Below, one piece after another: positions 1 through 15,000 of a stretch of DNA of 64,000 bases. The stretch is taken from positions 434,001 through 498,000 of the forward strand of contig JBHGNT010000024.1 in assembly GCA_043228905.1 (NCBI GenBank), in the 5' to 3' direction. The number at the start of each line of letters is the position of its first letter. Position 1 is the first letter of the stretch. Source of the DNA: Azolla caroliniana. Taxonomy: Eukaryota > Plantae > Polypodiophyta. The translations under genes were made by a program, and so were the position numbers. The notes under the pieces are model-generated. The model worked only from the letters and a program-made list of their open reading frames with translations. It was not told the DNA's origin and made no database searches.

Positions 1-3000
1 TATCGGATTTTTGTGTTCAAACATGCGAATCGAAGCTAACAACGCTAGCTATGATATGGAATTAAAAAATCAAGATTTTGAAACTCAGGTCGAGAGACAT
101 GACGAAAATAGCAAACTTGAGGAGGGAGTTGAGAGGAGCCCTTGAGTAAATTACAATGTTCATACCTGGCTCGTGTGATATGGATTTTTGTGTTCAAACA
201 TGCAAATCGAAGCTAACAACGCTAGCTATGAGATGGAATTAAAAAATCAAGATTTTGAAACTCAGGTCGAGAGACATGATGAAAATAGCAAACTTGAGGA
301 GGGAGTTGAGAAGAGCCCTTGAGTAAATTAAAATGTTCATACCTGGCTCGTGTGATATCGGATTTTTGTGTTCAAACATGCGAATCGAAGCTAACAACGC
401 TACCTATGATATGGAATTAAAAAATCAAGATTTTGAAACTCAGGTCGAGAGACATGACGGAATTACCAAATTTGAGGAGTGATTTGAGAGGACCCCTTGA
501 GTAAATTAAAATGTTCATATCGGGCTCGTGTGATATCGGATTTTTGTGTTCAAACATGCAAATCGAAGCTAACAACGCTAGCTATGATATGGAATTAAAA
601 AATCAAGATTTTGAAACTCAGGTCGAGAGACATGACGAAAATAGCAAACTTGAGGAGGGAGTTGAGAGGAGCCCTTGAGTAAATTAAAATGTTCATACCT
701 GGCTCGTGTGATATGGATTTGTGTGTTCAAACATGCAAATCGAAACTAACAACGCTAGCTATGAGATGGAATTAAAAAATCAAGATTTTGAAACTCAGGT
801 CGAGAGACATGATGAAAATAGCAAACTTGAGGAGGGAGTTGAGAAGAGCCCTTGAGTAAATTAAAATGTTCATACCTGGCTCGTGTGATATCGGATTTTT
901 ATGTTCAAACATGCGAATCGAAGCTAACAACGCTACCTATGATATGGAATTAAAAAATCAAGATTTTGAAACTCAGGTCGAGAGACATGACGAAATTACC
1001 AAATTTGAGGAGTGATTTGAGAGGAGCCCTTGAGTAAATTAAAATGTTCATATCGGGCTCGTGTGATATCGGATTTTTGTGTTCAAACATGCAAATCGAA
1101 GCTAACAACGCTACCTATGATATGGAATTAAAAAATCAAGATTTTGAAACTCAGGTCGAGAGACATGATGAAAACAGCAAACTTGAGGAGGGAGTTGAGA
1201 AGAGCCCTTGCGTAAATTAAAATGTTCATACCTGGCTCGTGTGATATCGGATTTTTGTGTTCAAACATGCGAATCGAAGCTAACAACGCTAGCTATGATA
1301 TGAAATTAAAAAATCAAGATTTTGAAACTCAGGTCGAGAGACATGACGAAAATAGCAAACTTGAGGAGGGAGTTGAGAGGAGCCCTTGAGTAAATTAAAA
1401 TGTTCATACCTGGCTCGTGTGATATGGATTTTTGTGTTCAAACATGCAAATCGAAGCTAACAACGCTAGCTATGAGATGAAATTAAAAAATCAAGATTTT
1501 GAAACTCAGGTCGAGAGACATGATGAAAATAGCAAACTTGAGGAGGGAGTTGAGAAGAGCCCTTGAGTAAATTAAAATGTTCATACCTGGCTCGTGTGAT
1601 ATCGGATTTTTGTGTTCAAACATGCGAATCGAAGCTAACAACGCTACCTATGATATGGAATTAAAAAATCAAGATTTTGAAACTCAGGTCAGGAGACATG
1701 ACGAAAATAGCAAACTTGAGGAGGGAGTTGAGAGGAGCCCTTCAGTAAATTAAAATGTTCATACCTGGCTCGTGTGATATCGGATTTTTGTGTTCAAACA
1801 TGCGAATCGAAGCTAACAACGCTACCTATGATATGGAATTAAAAAATCAAGATTTTGAAACTCAGGTCGAGAGACATGATGAAAATAGCAAACTTGAGGA
1901 GGGAGTTGAGAAGAGCCCTTGAGTAAATTAAAATGTTCATACCTGGCTCGTGTGATATCGGATTTTTGTGTTCAAACATGCGAATCGAAGCTAACAACGC
2001 TAGCTATGATATGGAATTAAAAAATCAAGATTTTGAAACTCAGGTCGAGAGACATGACGAAAATAGCAAACTTGAGGAGGGAGTTGAGAGGAGCCCTTGA
2101 GTCAATTAAAATGTTCATACCTGGCTCGTGTGATATCGGATTTTTATGTTCAAACATGCGAATCGAAGCTAACAACGCTACCTATGATATGGAATTAAAA
2201 AATCAAGATTTTGAAACTCAGGTCGAGAGACATGATGAAAATAGCAAACTTGAGGAGGGAGTTGAGAAGAGCCCTTGAGTAAATTAAAATGTTCATATCG
2301 GGCTCGTGTGATATCGGATTTTTGTGTTCAAACATGCAAATCGAAGCTAACAACGCTACCTATGATATGGAATTAAAAAATCAAGATTTTGAAACTCAGG
2401 TCGAGAGACATGACGAAAATAACAAACTTGAGGAGGGAGTTGAGAGGAGCCCTTGAGTAAATTAAAATGTTCATACCTGGCTCGTGTGATATCGGATTTT
2501 TATGTTCAAACATGCAAATCGAAGCTAACAACGCTACCTATGATATGGAATTAAAAAATCAAGATTTTGAAACTCAGGTCGAGAGACATGACGAAATTAC
2601 CAAATTTGAGGAGTGAGTTGAGAAGAGGTAGTAGGTAAATTAAAAGGTTCATACCTGGCTCGTGTGATATCGGATTTTTGTGTTCAAACATGCAAATCGA
2701 AGCTAACAACGCTACCTATGATATGGAATTAAAAAATCAAGATTTTGAAACTCAGGTCGAGAGACATGATGAAAATAGCAAACTTGAGGAGGGAGTTGAG
2801 AAGAGCCCTTGAGTAAATTAAAATGTTCATACCTGGCTCGTGTGATATCGGATTTTTGTGTTCAAACATGCGAATCGAAGCTAACAACGCTACCTATGAT
2901 ATGGAATTAAAAAATCAAGATTTTGAAACTCAGGTCGAGAGACATGACGAAAATAGCAAACTTGAGGAGGGAGTTGAGAGGAGCCCTTGAGTAAATTAAA

Positions 3001-6000
3001 ATGTTCATACCTAGCTCGTGTGATATCGGATTTTTGTGTTCAAACATGCGAATCGAAGCTAACAACGCTACCTATGATATGGAATTAAAAAATCAAGATT
3101 TTGAAACTCAGGTCGAGAGACATGACGAAAATAGCAAACTTGAGGAAGGAGTTGAGAGGAGCCCTTGAGTAAATTAAAATGTTCATACCTGGCTCGTGTG
3201 ATATCGGATTTTTGTGTTCAAACATGCGAATCGAAGCTAACAACGCTACCTATGATATGGAATTAAAAAATAAGGAATTTGAAACTCAGGTCGAGAGACA
3301 TGACGAAATTACCAAATTTGAGGAGTGATTTGAGAGGAGCCCTTGAGTAAATTAAAATGTTCATATCGGGCTCGTGTGATATCGGATTTTTGTGTTCAAA
3401 CATGCGAATCGAAGCTAACAACGCTACCTATGATATGGAATTAAAAAATCAAGATTTTGAAACTCAGGTCGAGAGACATGACGAAAATAGCAAACTTGAG
3501 GAGGGAGTTGAGAGGAGCCCTTGAGTAAATTAAAATGTTCATACCTGGCTCGTGTGATATCGGATTTTTGTGTTCAAACATGCGAATCGAAGCTAACAAC
3601 GCTAGCTATGATATGGAATTAAAAAATCAAGATTTTGAAACTCAGGTCGAGAGACATGACGAAAATAGCAAACTTGAGGAGGGAGTTGAGAGGAGCCCTT
3701 GAGTAAATTAAAATGTTCATACCTGGCTCGTGTGATATCGGATTTTTATGTTCAAACATGCGAATCGAAGCTAACAACGCTACCTATGATATGGAATTAA
3801 AAAATCAAGATTTTGAAACTCAGGTCGAGAGACATGACGAAATTACCAAATTTGAGGAGTGATTTGAGAGGAGCCCTTGAGTAAATTAAAATGTTCATAT
3901 CGGGCTCGTGTGATATCCGATTTTTGTGTTCAAACATGGGAATCGAAGCTAACAACGCTACCTATGATATGGAATTAAAAAATCAAGATTTTGAAACTCA
4001 GGTCGAGAGACATGACGAAATTACCAAATTTGAGGAGTGATTTGAGAGGAGCCCTTGAGTAAATTAAAATGTTCATATCGGGCTCGTGTGATATCGGATT
4101 TTTGTGTTCAAACATGCGAATCGAAGCTAACAACGCTACCTATGATATGGAATTAAAAAATCAAGATTTTGAAACTCAGGTCGAGAGACATGACGAAAAT
4201 AGCAAACTTGAGGAGGGAGTTGAGAGGAGCCCTTTAGTAAATTAAAATGTTCATACCTGGCTCGTGTGATATCGGATTTTTATGTTCAAACATGCGAATC
4301 GAAGCTAACAACGCTACCTATGATATGGAATTAAAAAATCAAGATTTTGAAACTCAGGTCGAGAGACATGACGGAATTACCAAATTTGAGGAGTGATTTG
4401 AGAGGAGCCCTTGAGTAAATTAAAATGTTCATATCGGGCTCGTGTGATATCGGATTTTTGTGTTCAAACATGCAAATCGAAGCTAACAACGCTACCTATG
4501 ATATGGAATTAAAAAATCAAGATTTTGAAACTCAGGTCGAGAGACATGACGAAATTACCAAATTTGAGGAGTGATTTGAGAGGAGCCCTTGAGTAAATTA
4601 AAATGTTCATATCGGGCTCGTGTGATATCGGATTTTTGTGTTCAAACATGCGAATCGAAGCTAACAACGCTACCTATGATATGGAATTAAAAAATCAAGA
4701 TTTTGAAACTCAGGTCGAGAGACATGACGAAAATAGCAAACTTGAGGAGGGAGTTGAGAGGAGCCCTTGAGTAAATTAAAATGTTCATACCTGGCTCGTG
4801 TGATATCGGATTTTTATGTTCAAACATGCGAATCGAAGCTAACAACGCTACCTATGATATGGAATTAAAAAATCAAGATTTTGAAACTCAGGTCGAGAGA
4901 CATGACGAAATTACCAAATTTGAGGAGTGATTTGAGAGGAGCCCTTGAGTAAATTAAAATGTTCATACCTGGCTCGTGTGATATCGGATTTTTGTGTTCA
5001 AACATGCAAATCGAAGCTAACAACGCTACCTATGATATGGAATTAAAAAATCAAGATTTTGAAACTCAGGTCGAGAGACATGATGAAAATAGCAAACTTG
5101 AGGAGGGAGTTGAGAAGAGCCCTTGAGTAAATTAAAATGTTCATACCTGGCTCGTGTGATATCGGATTTTTGTGTTCAAACATGCGAATCGAAGCTAACA
5201 ACGCTACCTATGATATGGAATTAAAAAATCAAGATTTTGAAACTCAGGTCGAGAGACATGACGGAATTACCAAATTTGAGGAGTGATTTGAGAGGAGCCC
5301 TTGAGTAAATTAAAATGTTCATATCGGGCTCGTGTGATATCGGATTTTTGTGTTCAAACATGCAAATCGAAGCTAACAACGCTACCTATGATATGGAATT
5401 AAAAAATCAAGATTTTGAAACTCAGGTCGAGAGACATGATGAAAATAGCAAACTTGAGGAGGGAGTTGAGAAGAGCCCTTGAGTAAATTAAAATGTTCAT
5501 ACCTGGCTCGTGTGATATCGGATTTTTGTGTTCAAACATGCGAATCGAAGCTAACAACGCTACCTATGATATGGAATTAAAAAATCAAGATTTTGAAACT
5601 CAGGTCGAGAGACATGACGGAATTACCAAATTTGAGGAGTGATTTGAGAGGAGCCCTTGAGTAAATTAAAATGTTCATATCGGGCTCGTGTGATATCGGA
5701 TTTTTGTGTTCAAACATGCAAATCGAAGCTAACAACGCTACCTATGATATGGAATTAAAAAATCAAGATTTTGAAACTCAGGTCGAGAGACATGATGAAA
5801 ATAGCAAACTTGAGGAGGGAGTTGAGAAGAGCCCTAGAGTAAATTAAAATGTTCATACCTGGCTCGTGTGATATCGGATTTTTGTGTTCAAACATGCAAA
5901 TCGAAGCTAACAACGCTACCTATGATATGGAATTAAAAAATCAAGATTTTGAAACTCAGGTCGAGAGACATGATGAAAATAGCAAACTTGAGGAGGGAGT

Positions 6001-9000
6001 TGAGAAGAGCCCTTGAGTAAATTAAAATGTTCATACCTGGCTCGTGTGATATCGGATTTTTGTGTTCAAACATGCGAATCGAAGCTAACAACGCTACCTA
6101 TGATATGGAATTAAAAAATCAAGATTTTGAAACTCAGGTCAGGAGACATGACGAAAATAGCAAACTTGAGGAGGGAGTTGAGAGGAGCCCTTGAGTAAAT
6201 TAAAATGTTCATACCTGGCTCGTGTGATATCGGATTTTTGTGTTCAAACATGCGAATCGAAGCTAACAACGCTACCTATGATATGGAATTAAAAAATCAA
6301 GATTTTGAAACTCAGGTCGAGAGACATGATGAAAATAGCAAACTTGAGGAGGGAGTTGAGAAGAGCCCTTGAGTAAATTAAAATGTTCATACCTGGCTCG
6401 TGTGATATCGGATTTTTGTGTTCAAACATGCGAATCGAAGCTAACAACGCTAGCTATGATATGGAATTAAAAAATCAAGATTTTGAAACTCAGGTCGAGA
6501 GACATGACGAAAATAGCAAACTTGAGGAGGGAGTTGAGAGGAGCCCTTGAGTAAATTAAAATGTTCATACCTGGCTCGTGTGATATCGGATTTTTATGTT
6601 CAAACATGCGAATCGAAGCTAACAACGCTACCTATGATATGGAATTAAAAAATCAAGATTTTGAAACTCAGGTCGAGAGACATGACGAAATTACCAAATT
6701 TGAGGAGTGATTTGAGAGGAGCCCTTGAGTAAATTAAAATGTTCATATCGGGCTCGTGTGATATCGGATTTTTGTGTTCAAACATGCAAATCGAAGCTAA
6801 CAACGCTACCTATGATATGGAATTAAAAAATCAAGATTTTGAAACTCAGGTCGAGAGACATGATGAAAATAGCAAACTTGAGGAGGGAGTTGAGAAGAGC
6901 CCTTGAGTAAATTAAAATGTTCATACCTGGCTCGTGTGATATCGGATTTTTGTGTTCAAACATGCGAATCGAAGCTAACAACGCTACCTATGATATGGAA
7001 TTAAAAAATCAAGATTTTGAAACTCAGGTCGAGAGACATGACGAAAATAGCAAACTTGAGGAAGGAGTTGAGAGGAGCCCTTGAGTAAATTAAAATGTTC
7101 ATACCTGGCTCGTGTGATATCCGATTTTTGTGTTCAAACATGCGAATCGAAGCTAACAACGCTACCTATGATATGGAATTAAAAAATCAAGATTTTGAAA
7201 CTCAGGTCGAGAGACATGACGGAATTACCAAATTTGAGGAGTGATTTGAGAGGAGCCCTTGAGTAAATTAAAATGTTCATATCGGGCTCGTGTGATATCG
7301 GATTTTTGTGTTCAAACATGCGAATCGAAGCTAACAACGCTACCTATGATATGGAATTAAAAAATCAAGATTTTGAAACTCAGGTCGAGAGACATGACGA
7401 AAATAGCAAACTTGAGGAGGGAGTTGAGAGGAGCCCTTGAGTAAATTAAAATGTTCATACCTGGCTCGTGTGATATCGGATTTTTATGTTCAAACATGCG
7501 AATCGAAGCTAACAACGCTACCTATGATATGGAATTAAAAAATCAAGATTTTGAAACTCAGGTCGAGAGACATGACGAAATTACCAAATTTGAGGAGTGA
7601 TTTGAGAGGAGCCCTTGAGTAAATTAAAATGTTCATATCGGGCTCGTGTGATATCGGATTTTTGTGTTCAAACATGCAAATCGAAGCTAACAACGCTACC
7701 TATGATATGGAATTAAAAAATCAAGATTTTGAAACTCAGGTCGAGAGACATGACGAAATTACCAAATTTGAGGAGTGATTTGAGAGGAGCCCTTGAGTAA
7801 ATTAAAATGTTCATATCGGGCTCGTGTGATATCGGATTTTTGTGTTCAAACATGCGAATCGAAGCTAACAACGCTACCTATGATATGGAATTAAAAAATC
7901 AAGATTTTGAAACTCAGGTCGAGAGACATGACGAAAATAGCAAACTTGAGGAAGGAGTTGAGAGGAGCCCTTGAGTAAATTAAAATGTTCATACCTGGCT
8001 CGTGTGATATCGGATTTTTGTGTTCAAACATGCGAATCGAAGCTAACAACGCTACCTATGATATGGAATTAAAAAATAAGGAATTTGAAACTCAGGTCGA
8101 GAGACATGACGGAATTACCAAATTTGAGGAGTGATTTGAGAGGAGCCCTTGAGTAAATTAAAATGTTCATACCTGGCTCGTGTGATATCGGATTTTTGTG
8201 TTCAAACATGCAAATCGAAGCTAACAACGCTACCTATGATATGGAATTAAAAAATCAAGATTTTGAAACTCAGGTCGAGAGACATGATGAAAATAGCAAA
8301 CTTGAGGAGGGAGTTGAGAAGAGCCCTTGAGTAAATTAAAATGTTCATACCTGGCTCGTGTGATATCGGATTTTTCTGTTCAAACATGCGAATCGAAGCT
8401 AACAACGCTACCTATGATATGGAATTAAAAAATCAAGATTTTGAAACTCAGGTCGAGAGACATGACGGAATTACCAAATTTGAGGAGTGATTTGAGAGGA
8501 GCCCTTGAGTAAATTAAAATGTTCATATCGGGCTCGTGTGATATCGGATTTTTGTGTTCAAACATGCAAATCGAAGCTAACAACGCTACCTATGATATGG
8601 AATTAAAAAATCAAGATTTTGAAACTCAGGTCGAGAGACATGATGAAAATAGCAAACTTGAGGAGGGAGTTGAGAAGAGCCCTTGAGTAAATTAAAATGT
8701 TCATACCTGGCTCGTGTGATATCGGATTTTTGTGTTCAAACATGCGAATCGAAGCTAACAACGCTACCTATGATATGGAATTAAAAAATCAAGATTTTGA
8801 AACTCAGGTCGAGAGACATGACGGAATTACCAAATTTGAGGAGTGATTTGAGAGGAGCCCTTGAGTAAATTAAAATGTTCATATCGGGCTCGTGTGATAT
8901 CGGATTTTTGTGTTCAAACATGCAAATCGAAGCTAACAACGCTACCTATGATATGGAATTAAAAAATCAAGATTTTGAAACTCAGGTCGAGAGACATGAT

Positions 9001-12000
9001 GAAAATAGCAAACTTGAGGAGGGAGTTGAGAAGAGCCCTAGAGTAAATTAAAATGTTCATACCTGGCTCGTGTGATATCGGATTTTTGTGTTCAAACATG
9101 CAAATCGAAGCTAACAACGCTACCTATGATATGGAATTAAAAAATCAAGATTTTGAAACTCAGGTCGAGAGACATGATGAAAATAGCAAACTTGAGGAGG
9201 GAGTTGAGAAGAGCCCTTGAGTAAATTAAAATGTTCATACCTGGCTCGTGTGATATCGGATTTTTGTGTTCAAACATGCGAATCGAAGCTAACAACGCTA
9301 CCTATGATATGGAATTAAAAAATCAAGATTTTGAAACTCAGGTCAGGAGACATGACGAAAATAGCAAACTTGAGGAGGGAGTTGAGAGGAGCCCTTGAGT
9401 AAATTAAAATGTTCATACCTGGCTCGTGTGATATCGGTTTTTTGTGTTCAAACATGCGAATCGAAGCTAACAACGCTACCTATGATATGGAATTAAAAAA
9501 TCAAGATTTTGAAACTCAGGTCGAGAGACATGATGAAAATAGCAAACTTGAGGAGGGAGTTGAGAAGAGCCCTTGAGTAAATTAAAATGTTCATACCTGG
9601 CTCGTGTGATATCGGATTTTTGTGTTCAAACATGCGAATCGAAGCTAACAACGCTAGCTATGATATGGAATTAAAAAATCAAGATTTTGAAACTCAGGTC
9701 GAGAGACATGACGAAAATAGCAAACTTGAGGAGGGAGTTGAGAGGAGCCCTTGAGTAAATTAAAATGTTCATACCTGGCTCGTGTGATATCGGATTTTTA
9801 TGTTCAAACATGCGAATCGAAGCTAACAACGCTACCTATGATATGGAATTAAAAAATCAAGATTTTGAAACTCAGGTCGAGAGACATGACGAAATTACCA
9901 AATTTGAGGAGTGATTTGAGAGGAGCCCTTGAGTAAATTAAAATGTTCATATCGGGCTCGTGTGATATCGGATTTTTGTGTTCAAACATGCGAATCGAAG
10001 CTAACAACGCTAGCTATGATATGGAATTAAAAAATCAAGATTTTGAAACTCAGGTCGAGAGACATGACGAAAATAGCAAACTTGAGGAGGGAGTTGAGAG
10101 GAGCCCTTGAGTAAATTAAAATGTTCATACCTGGCTCGTGTGATATCGGATTTTTATGTTCAAACATGCGAATCGAAGCTAACAACGCTACCTATGATAT
10201 GGAATTAAAAAATCAAGATTTTGAAACTCAGGTCGAGAGACATGACGAAATTACCAAATTTGAGGAGTGATTTGAGAGGAGCCCTTGAGTAAATTAAAAT
10301 GTTCATATCGGGCTCGTGTGATATCGGATTTTTGTGTTCAAACATGCAAATCGAAGCTAACAACGCTACCTATGATATGGAATTAAAAAATCAAGATTTT
10401 GAAACTCAGGTCGAGAGACATGACGAAATTACCAAATTTGAGGAGTGAGTTGAGAAGAGGTAGTAGGTAAATTAAAATGTTCATACCTGGCTCGTGTGAT
10501 ATCGGATTTTTGTGTTCAAACATGCAAATCGAAGCTAACAACGCTACCTATGATATGGAATTAAAAAATCAAGATTTTGAAACTCAGGTCGAGAGACATG
10601 ACGAAAATAGCAAACTTGAGGAAGGAGTTGAGAAGAGCCCTTGAGTAAATTAAAATGTTCATACCTGGCTCGTGTGATATCGGATTTTTGTGTTCAAACA
10701 TGCGAATCGAAGCTAACAACGCTAGCTATGATATGGAATTAAAAAATCAAGATTTTGAAACTCAGGTCGAGAGACATGACGGAATTACCAAATTTGAGGA
10801 GTGATTTGAGAGGAGCCCTTGAGTAAATTAAAATGTTCATATCGGGCTCGTGTGATATCGGATTTTTGTGTTCAAACATGCAAATCGAAGCTAACAACGC
10901 TACCTATGATATGGAATTAAAAAATCAAGATTTTGAAACTCAGGTCGAGAGACATGATGAAAATAGCAAACTTGAGGAGGGAGTTGAGAAGAGCCCTTGA
11001 GTAAATTAAAATGTTCATACCTGGCTCGTGTGATATCGGATTTTTGTGTTCAAACATGCGAATCGAAGCTAACAACGCTACCTATGATATGGAATTAAAA
11101 AATCAAGATTTTGAAACTCAGGTCAGGAGACATGACGAAAATAGCAAACTTGAGGAGGGAGTTGAGAGGAGCCCTTGAGTAAATTAAAATGTTCATACCT
11201 GGCTCGTGTGATATCGGATTTTTGTGTTCAAACATGCGAATCGAAGCTAACAACGCTACCTATGATATGGAATTAAAAAATCAAGATTTTGAAACTCAGG
11301 TCGAGAGACATGATGAAAATAGCAAACTTGAGGAGGGAGTTGAGAAGAGCCCTTGAGTAAATTAAAATGTTCATACCTGGCTCGTGTGATATCGGATTTT
11401 TGTGTTCAAACATGCGAATCGAAGCTAACAACGCTAGCTATGATATGGAATTAAAAAATCAAGATTTTGAAACTCAGGTCGAGAGACATGATGAAAATAG
11501 CAAACTTGAGGAGGGAGTTGAGAGGAGCCCTTGAGTAAATTAAAATGTTCATACCTGGCTCGTGTGATATCGGATTTTTATGTTCAAACATGCGAATCGA
11601 AGCTAACAACGCTACCTATGATATGGAATTAAAAAATCAAGATTTTGAAACTCAGGTCGAGAGACATGACGAAATTACCAAATTTGAGGAGTGATTTGAG
11701 AGGAGCCCTTGAGTAAATTAAAATGTTCATATCGGGCTCGTGTGATATCCGATTTTTGTGTTCAAACATGGGAATCGAAGCTAACAACGCTACCTATGAT
11801 ATGGAATTAAAAAATCAAGATTTTGAAACTCAGGTCGAGAGACATGACGAAATTACCAAATTTGAGGAGTGATTTGAGAGGAGCCCTTGAGTAAATTAAA
11901 ATGTTCATATCGGGCTCGTGTGATATCGGATTTTTGTGTTCAAACAAGCGAATCGAAGCTAACAACGCTACCTATGATATGGAATTAAAAAATCAAGATT

Positions 12001-15000
12001 TTGAAACTCAGGTCGAGAGACATGACGAAAATAGCAAACTTGAGGAGGGAGTTGAGAGGAGCCCTTTAGTAAATTAAAATGTTCATACCTGGCTCGTGTG
12101 ATATCGGATTTTTATGTTCAAACATGCGAATCGAAGCTAACAACGCTACCTATGATATGGAATTAAAAAATCAAGATTTTGAAACTCAGGTCGAGAGACA
12201 TGACGAAAATAGCAAACTTGAGGAAGGAGTTGAGAAGAGCCCTTGAGTAAATTAAAATGTTCATACCTGGCTCGTGTGATATCGGATTTTTGTGTTCAAA
12301 CATGCGAATCGAAGCTAACAACGCTAGCTATGATATGGAATTAAAAAATCAAGATTTTGAAACTCAGGTCGAGAGACATGACGAAAATAGCAAACTTGAG
12401 GAGGGAGTTGAGAGGAGCCCTTGAGTAAATTAAAATGTTCATACCTGGCTCGTGTGATATCGGATTTTTATGTTCAAACATGCGAATCGAAGCTAACAAC
12501 GCTACCTATGATATGGAATTAAAAAATCAAGATTTTGAAACTCAGGTCGAGAGACATGACGAAATTACCAAATTTGAGGAGTGATTTGAGAGGAGCCCTT
12601 GAGTAAATTAAAATGTTCATATCGGGCTCGTGTGATATCCGATTTTTGTGTTCAAACATGGGAATCGAAGCTAACAACGCTACCTATGATATGGAATTAA
12701 AAAATCAAGATTTTGAAACTCAGGTCGAGAGACATGACGAAATTACCAAATTTGAGGAGTGATTTGAGAGGAGCCCTTGAGTAAATTAAAATGTTCATAT
12801 CGGGCTCGTGTGATATCGGATTTTTGTGTTCAAACATGCAAATCGAAGCTAACAACGCTACCTATGATATGGAATTAAAAAATCAAGATTTTGAAACTCA
12901 GGTCGAGAGACATGATGAAAATAGCAAACTTGAGGAGGGAGTTGAGAAGAGCCCTTGAGTAAATTAAAATGTTCATACCTGGCTCGTGTGATATCGGATT
13001 TTTGTGTTCAAACATGCGAATCGAAGCTAACAACGCTACCTATGATATGGAATTAAAAAATCAAGATTTTGAAACTCAGGTCAGGAGACATGACGAAAAT
13101 AGCAAACTTGAGGAGGGAGTTGAGAGGAGCCCTTGAGTAAATTAAAATGTTCATACCTGGCTCGTGTGATATCGGATTTTTGTGTTCAAACATGCGAATC
13201 GAAGCTAACAACGCTAGCTATGAGATGGAATTAAAAAATCAAGATTTTGAAACTCAGGTCGAGAGACATGACAAAATTACCAAATTTGAGGAGTGAGTTG
13301 AGAAGAGGTAGTAGGTAAATTAAAATGTTCATACCTGGCTCGTGTGATATCGGATTTTTGTGTTCAAACATGCAAATCGAAGCTAACAACGCTACCTATG
13401 ATATGGAATTAAAAAATCAAGATTTTGAAACTCAGGTCGAGAGACATGATGAAAATAGCAAACTTGAGGAGGGAGTTGAGAAGAGCCCTTGAGTAAATTA
13501 AAATGTTCATACCTGGCTCGTGTGATATCGGATTTTTCTGTTCAAACATGCGAATCGAAGCTAACAACGCTACCTATGATATGGAATTAAAAAATCAAGA
13601 TTTTGAAACTCAGGTCGAGAGACATGACGAAATTACCAAATTTGAGGAGTGATTTGAGAGGAGCCCTTGAGTAAATTAAAATGTTCATATCGGGCTCGTG
13701 TGATATCGGATTTTTGTGTTCAAACATGCAAATCGAAGCTAACAACGCTACCTATGATATGGAATTAAAAAATCAAGATTTTGAAACTCAGGTCGAGAGA
13801 CATGACGAAATTACCAAATTTGAGGAGTGAGTTGAGAAGAGGTAGTAGGTAAATTAAAATGTTCATACCTGGCTCGTGTGATATCGGATTTTTGTGTTCA
13901 AACATGCAAATCGAAGCTAACAACGCTACCTATGATATGGAATTAAAAAATCAAGATTTTGAAACTCAGGTCGAGAGACATGACGAAAATAGCAAACTTG
14001 AGGAAGGAGTTGAGAAGAGCCCTTGAGTAAATTAAAATGTTCATACCTGGCTCGTGTGATATCGGATTTTTGTGTTCAAACATGCGAATCGAAGCTAACA
14101 ACGCTAGCTATGATATGGAATTAAAAAATCAAGATTTTGAAACTCAGGTCGAGAGACATGACGGAATTACCAAATTTGAGGAGTGATTTGAGAGGAGCCC
14201 TTGAGTAAATTAAAATGTTCATATCGGGCTCGTGTGATATCGGATTTTTGTGTTCAAACATGCAAATCGAAGCTAACAACGCTACCTATGATATGGAATT
14301 AAAAAATCAAGATTTTGAAACTCAGGTCGAGAGACATGATGAAAATAGCAAACTTGAGGAGGGAGTTGAGAAGAGCCCTTGAGTAAATTAAAATGTTCAT
14401 ACCTGGCTCGTGTGATATCGGATTTTTGTGTTCAAACATGCGAATCGAAGCTAACAACGCTACCTATGATATGGAATTAAAAAATCAAGATTTTGAAACT
14501 CAGGTCAGGAGACATGACGAAAATAGCAAACTTGAGGAGGGAGTTGAGAGGAGCCCTTGAGTAAATTAAAATGTTCATACCTGGCTCGTGTGATATCGGA
14601 TTTTTGTGTTCAAACATGCGAATCGAAGCTAACAACGCTACCTATGATATGGAATTAAAAAATCAAGATTTTGAAACTCAGGTCGAGAGACATGATGAAA
14701 ATAGCAAACTTGAGGAGGGAGTTGAGAAGAGCCCTTGAGTAAATTAAAATGTTCATACCTGGCTCGTGTGATATCGGATTTTTGTGTTCAAACATGCGAA
14801 TCGAAGCTAACAACGCTAGCTATGATATGGAATTAAAAAATCAAGATTTTGAAACTCAGGTCGAGAGACATGATGAAAATAGCAAACTTGAGGAGGGAGT
14901 TGAGAGGAGCCCTTGAGTAAATTAAAATGTTCATACCTGGCTCGTGTGATATCGGATTTTTATGTTCAAACATGCGAATCGAAGCTAACAACGCTACCTA

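Noticed and set aside
118-140. G-quadruplex in GAGGAGGGAGTTGAGAGGAG
   Set aside because: Only one GGG run and two GG runs, which is insufficient for a canonical intramolecular G4. It is simply a purine-rich tract.
505-530. CENP-B box near ATATCGGG in type-B monomers
   Set aside because: It does not fit the TTCG-N4-A-N2-CGGG core spacing on either strand.
2530-2640. Compensatory covariation between GCTACCT/GCTAGCT and AGGTAG/AGCTAG (reverse complements of each other)
   Set aside because: The pairing holds in some monomers but fails in others (e.g. ~13213 GCTAGCT with AGGTAG at ~13306; ~29778 GCTACCT with AGCTAG at ~29871), so it is not consistent evidence of structure.
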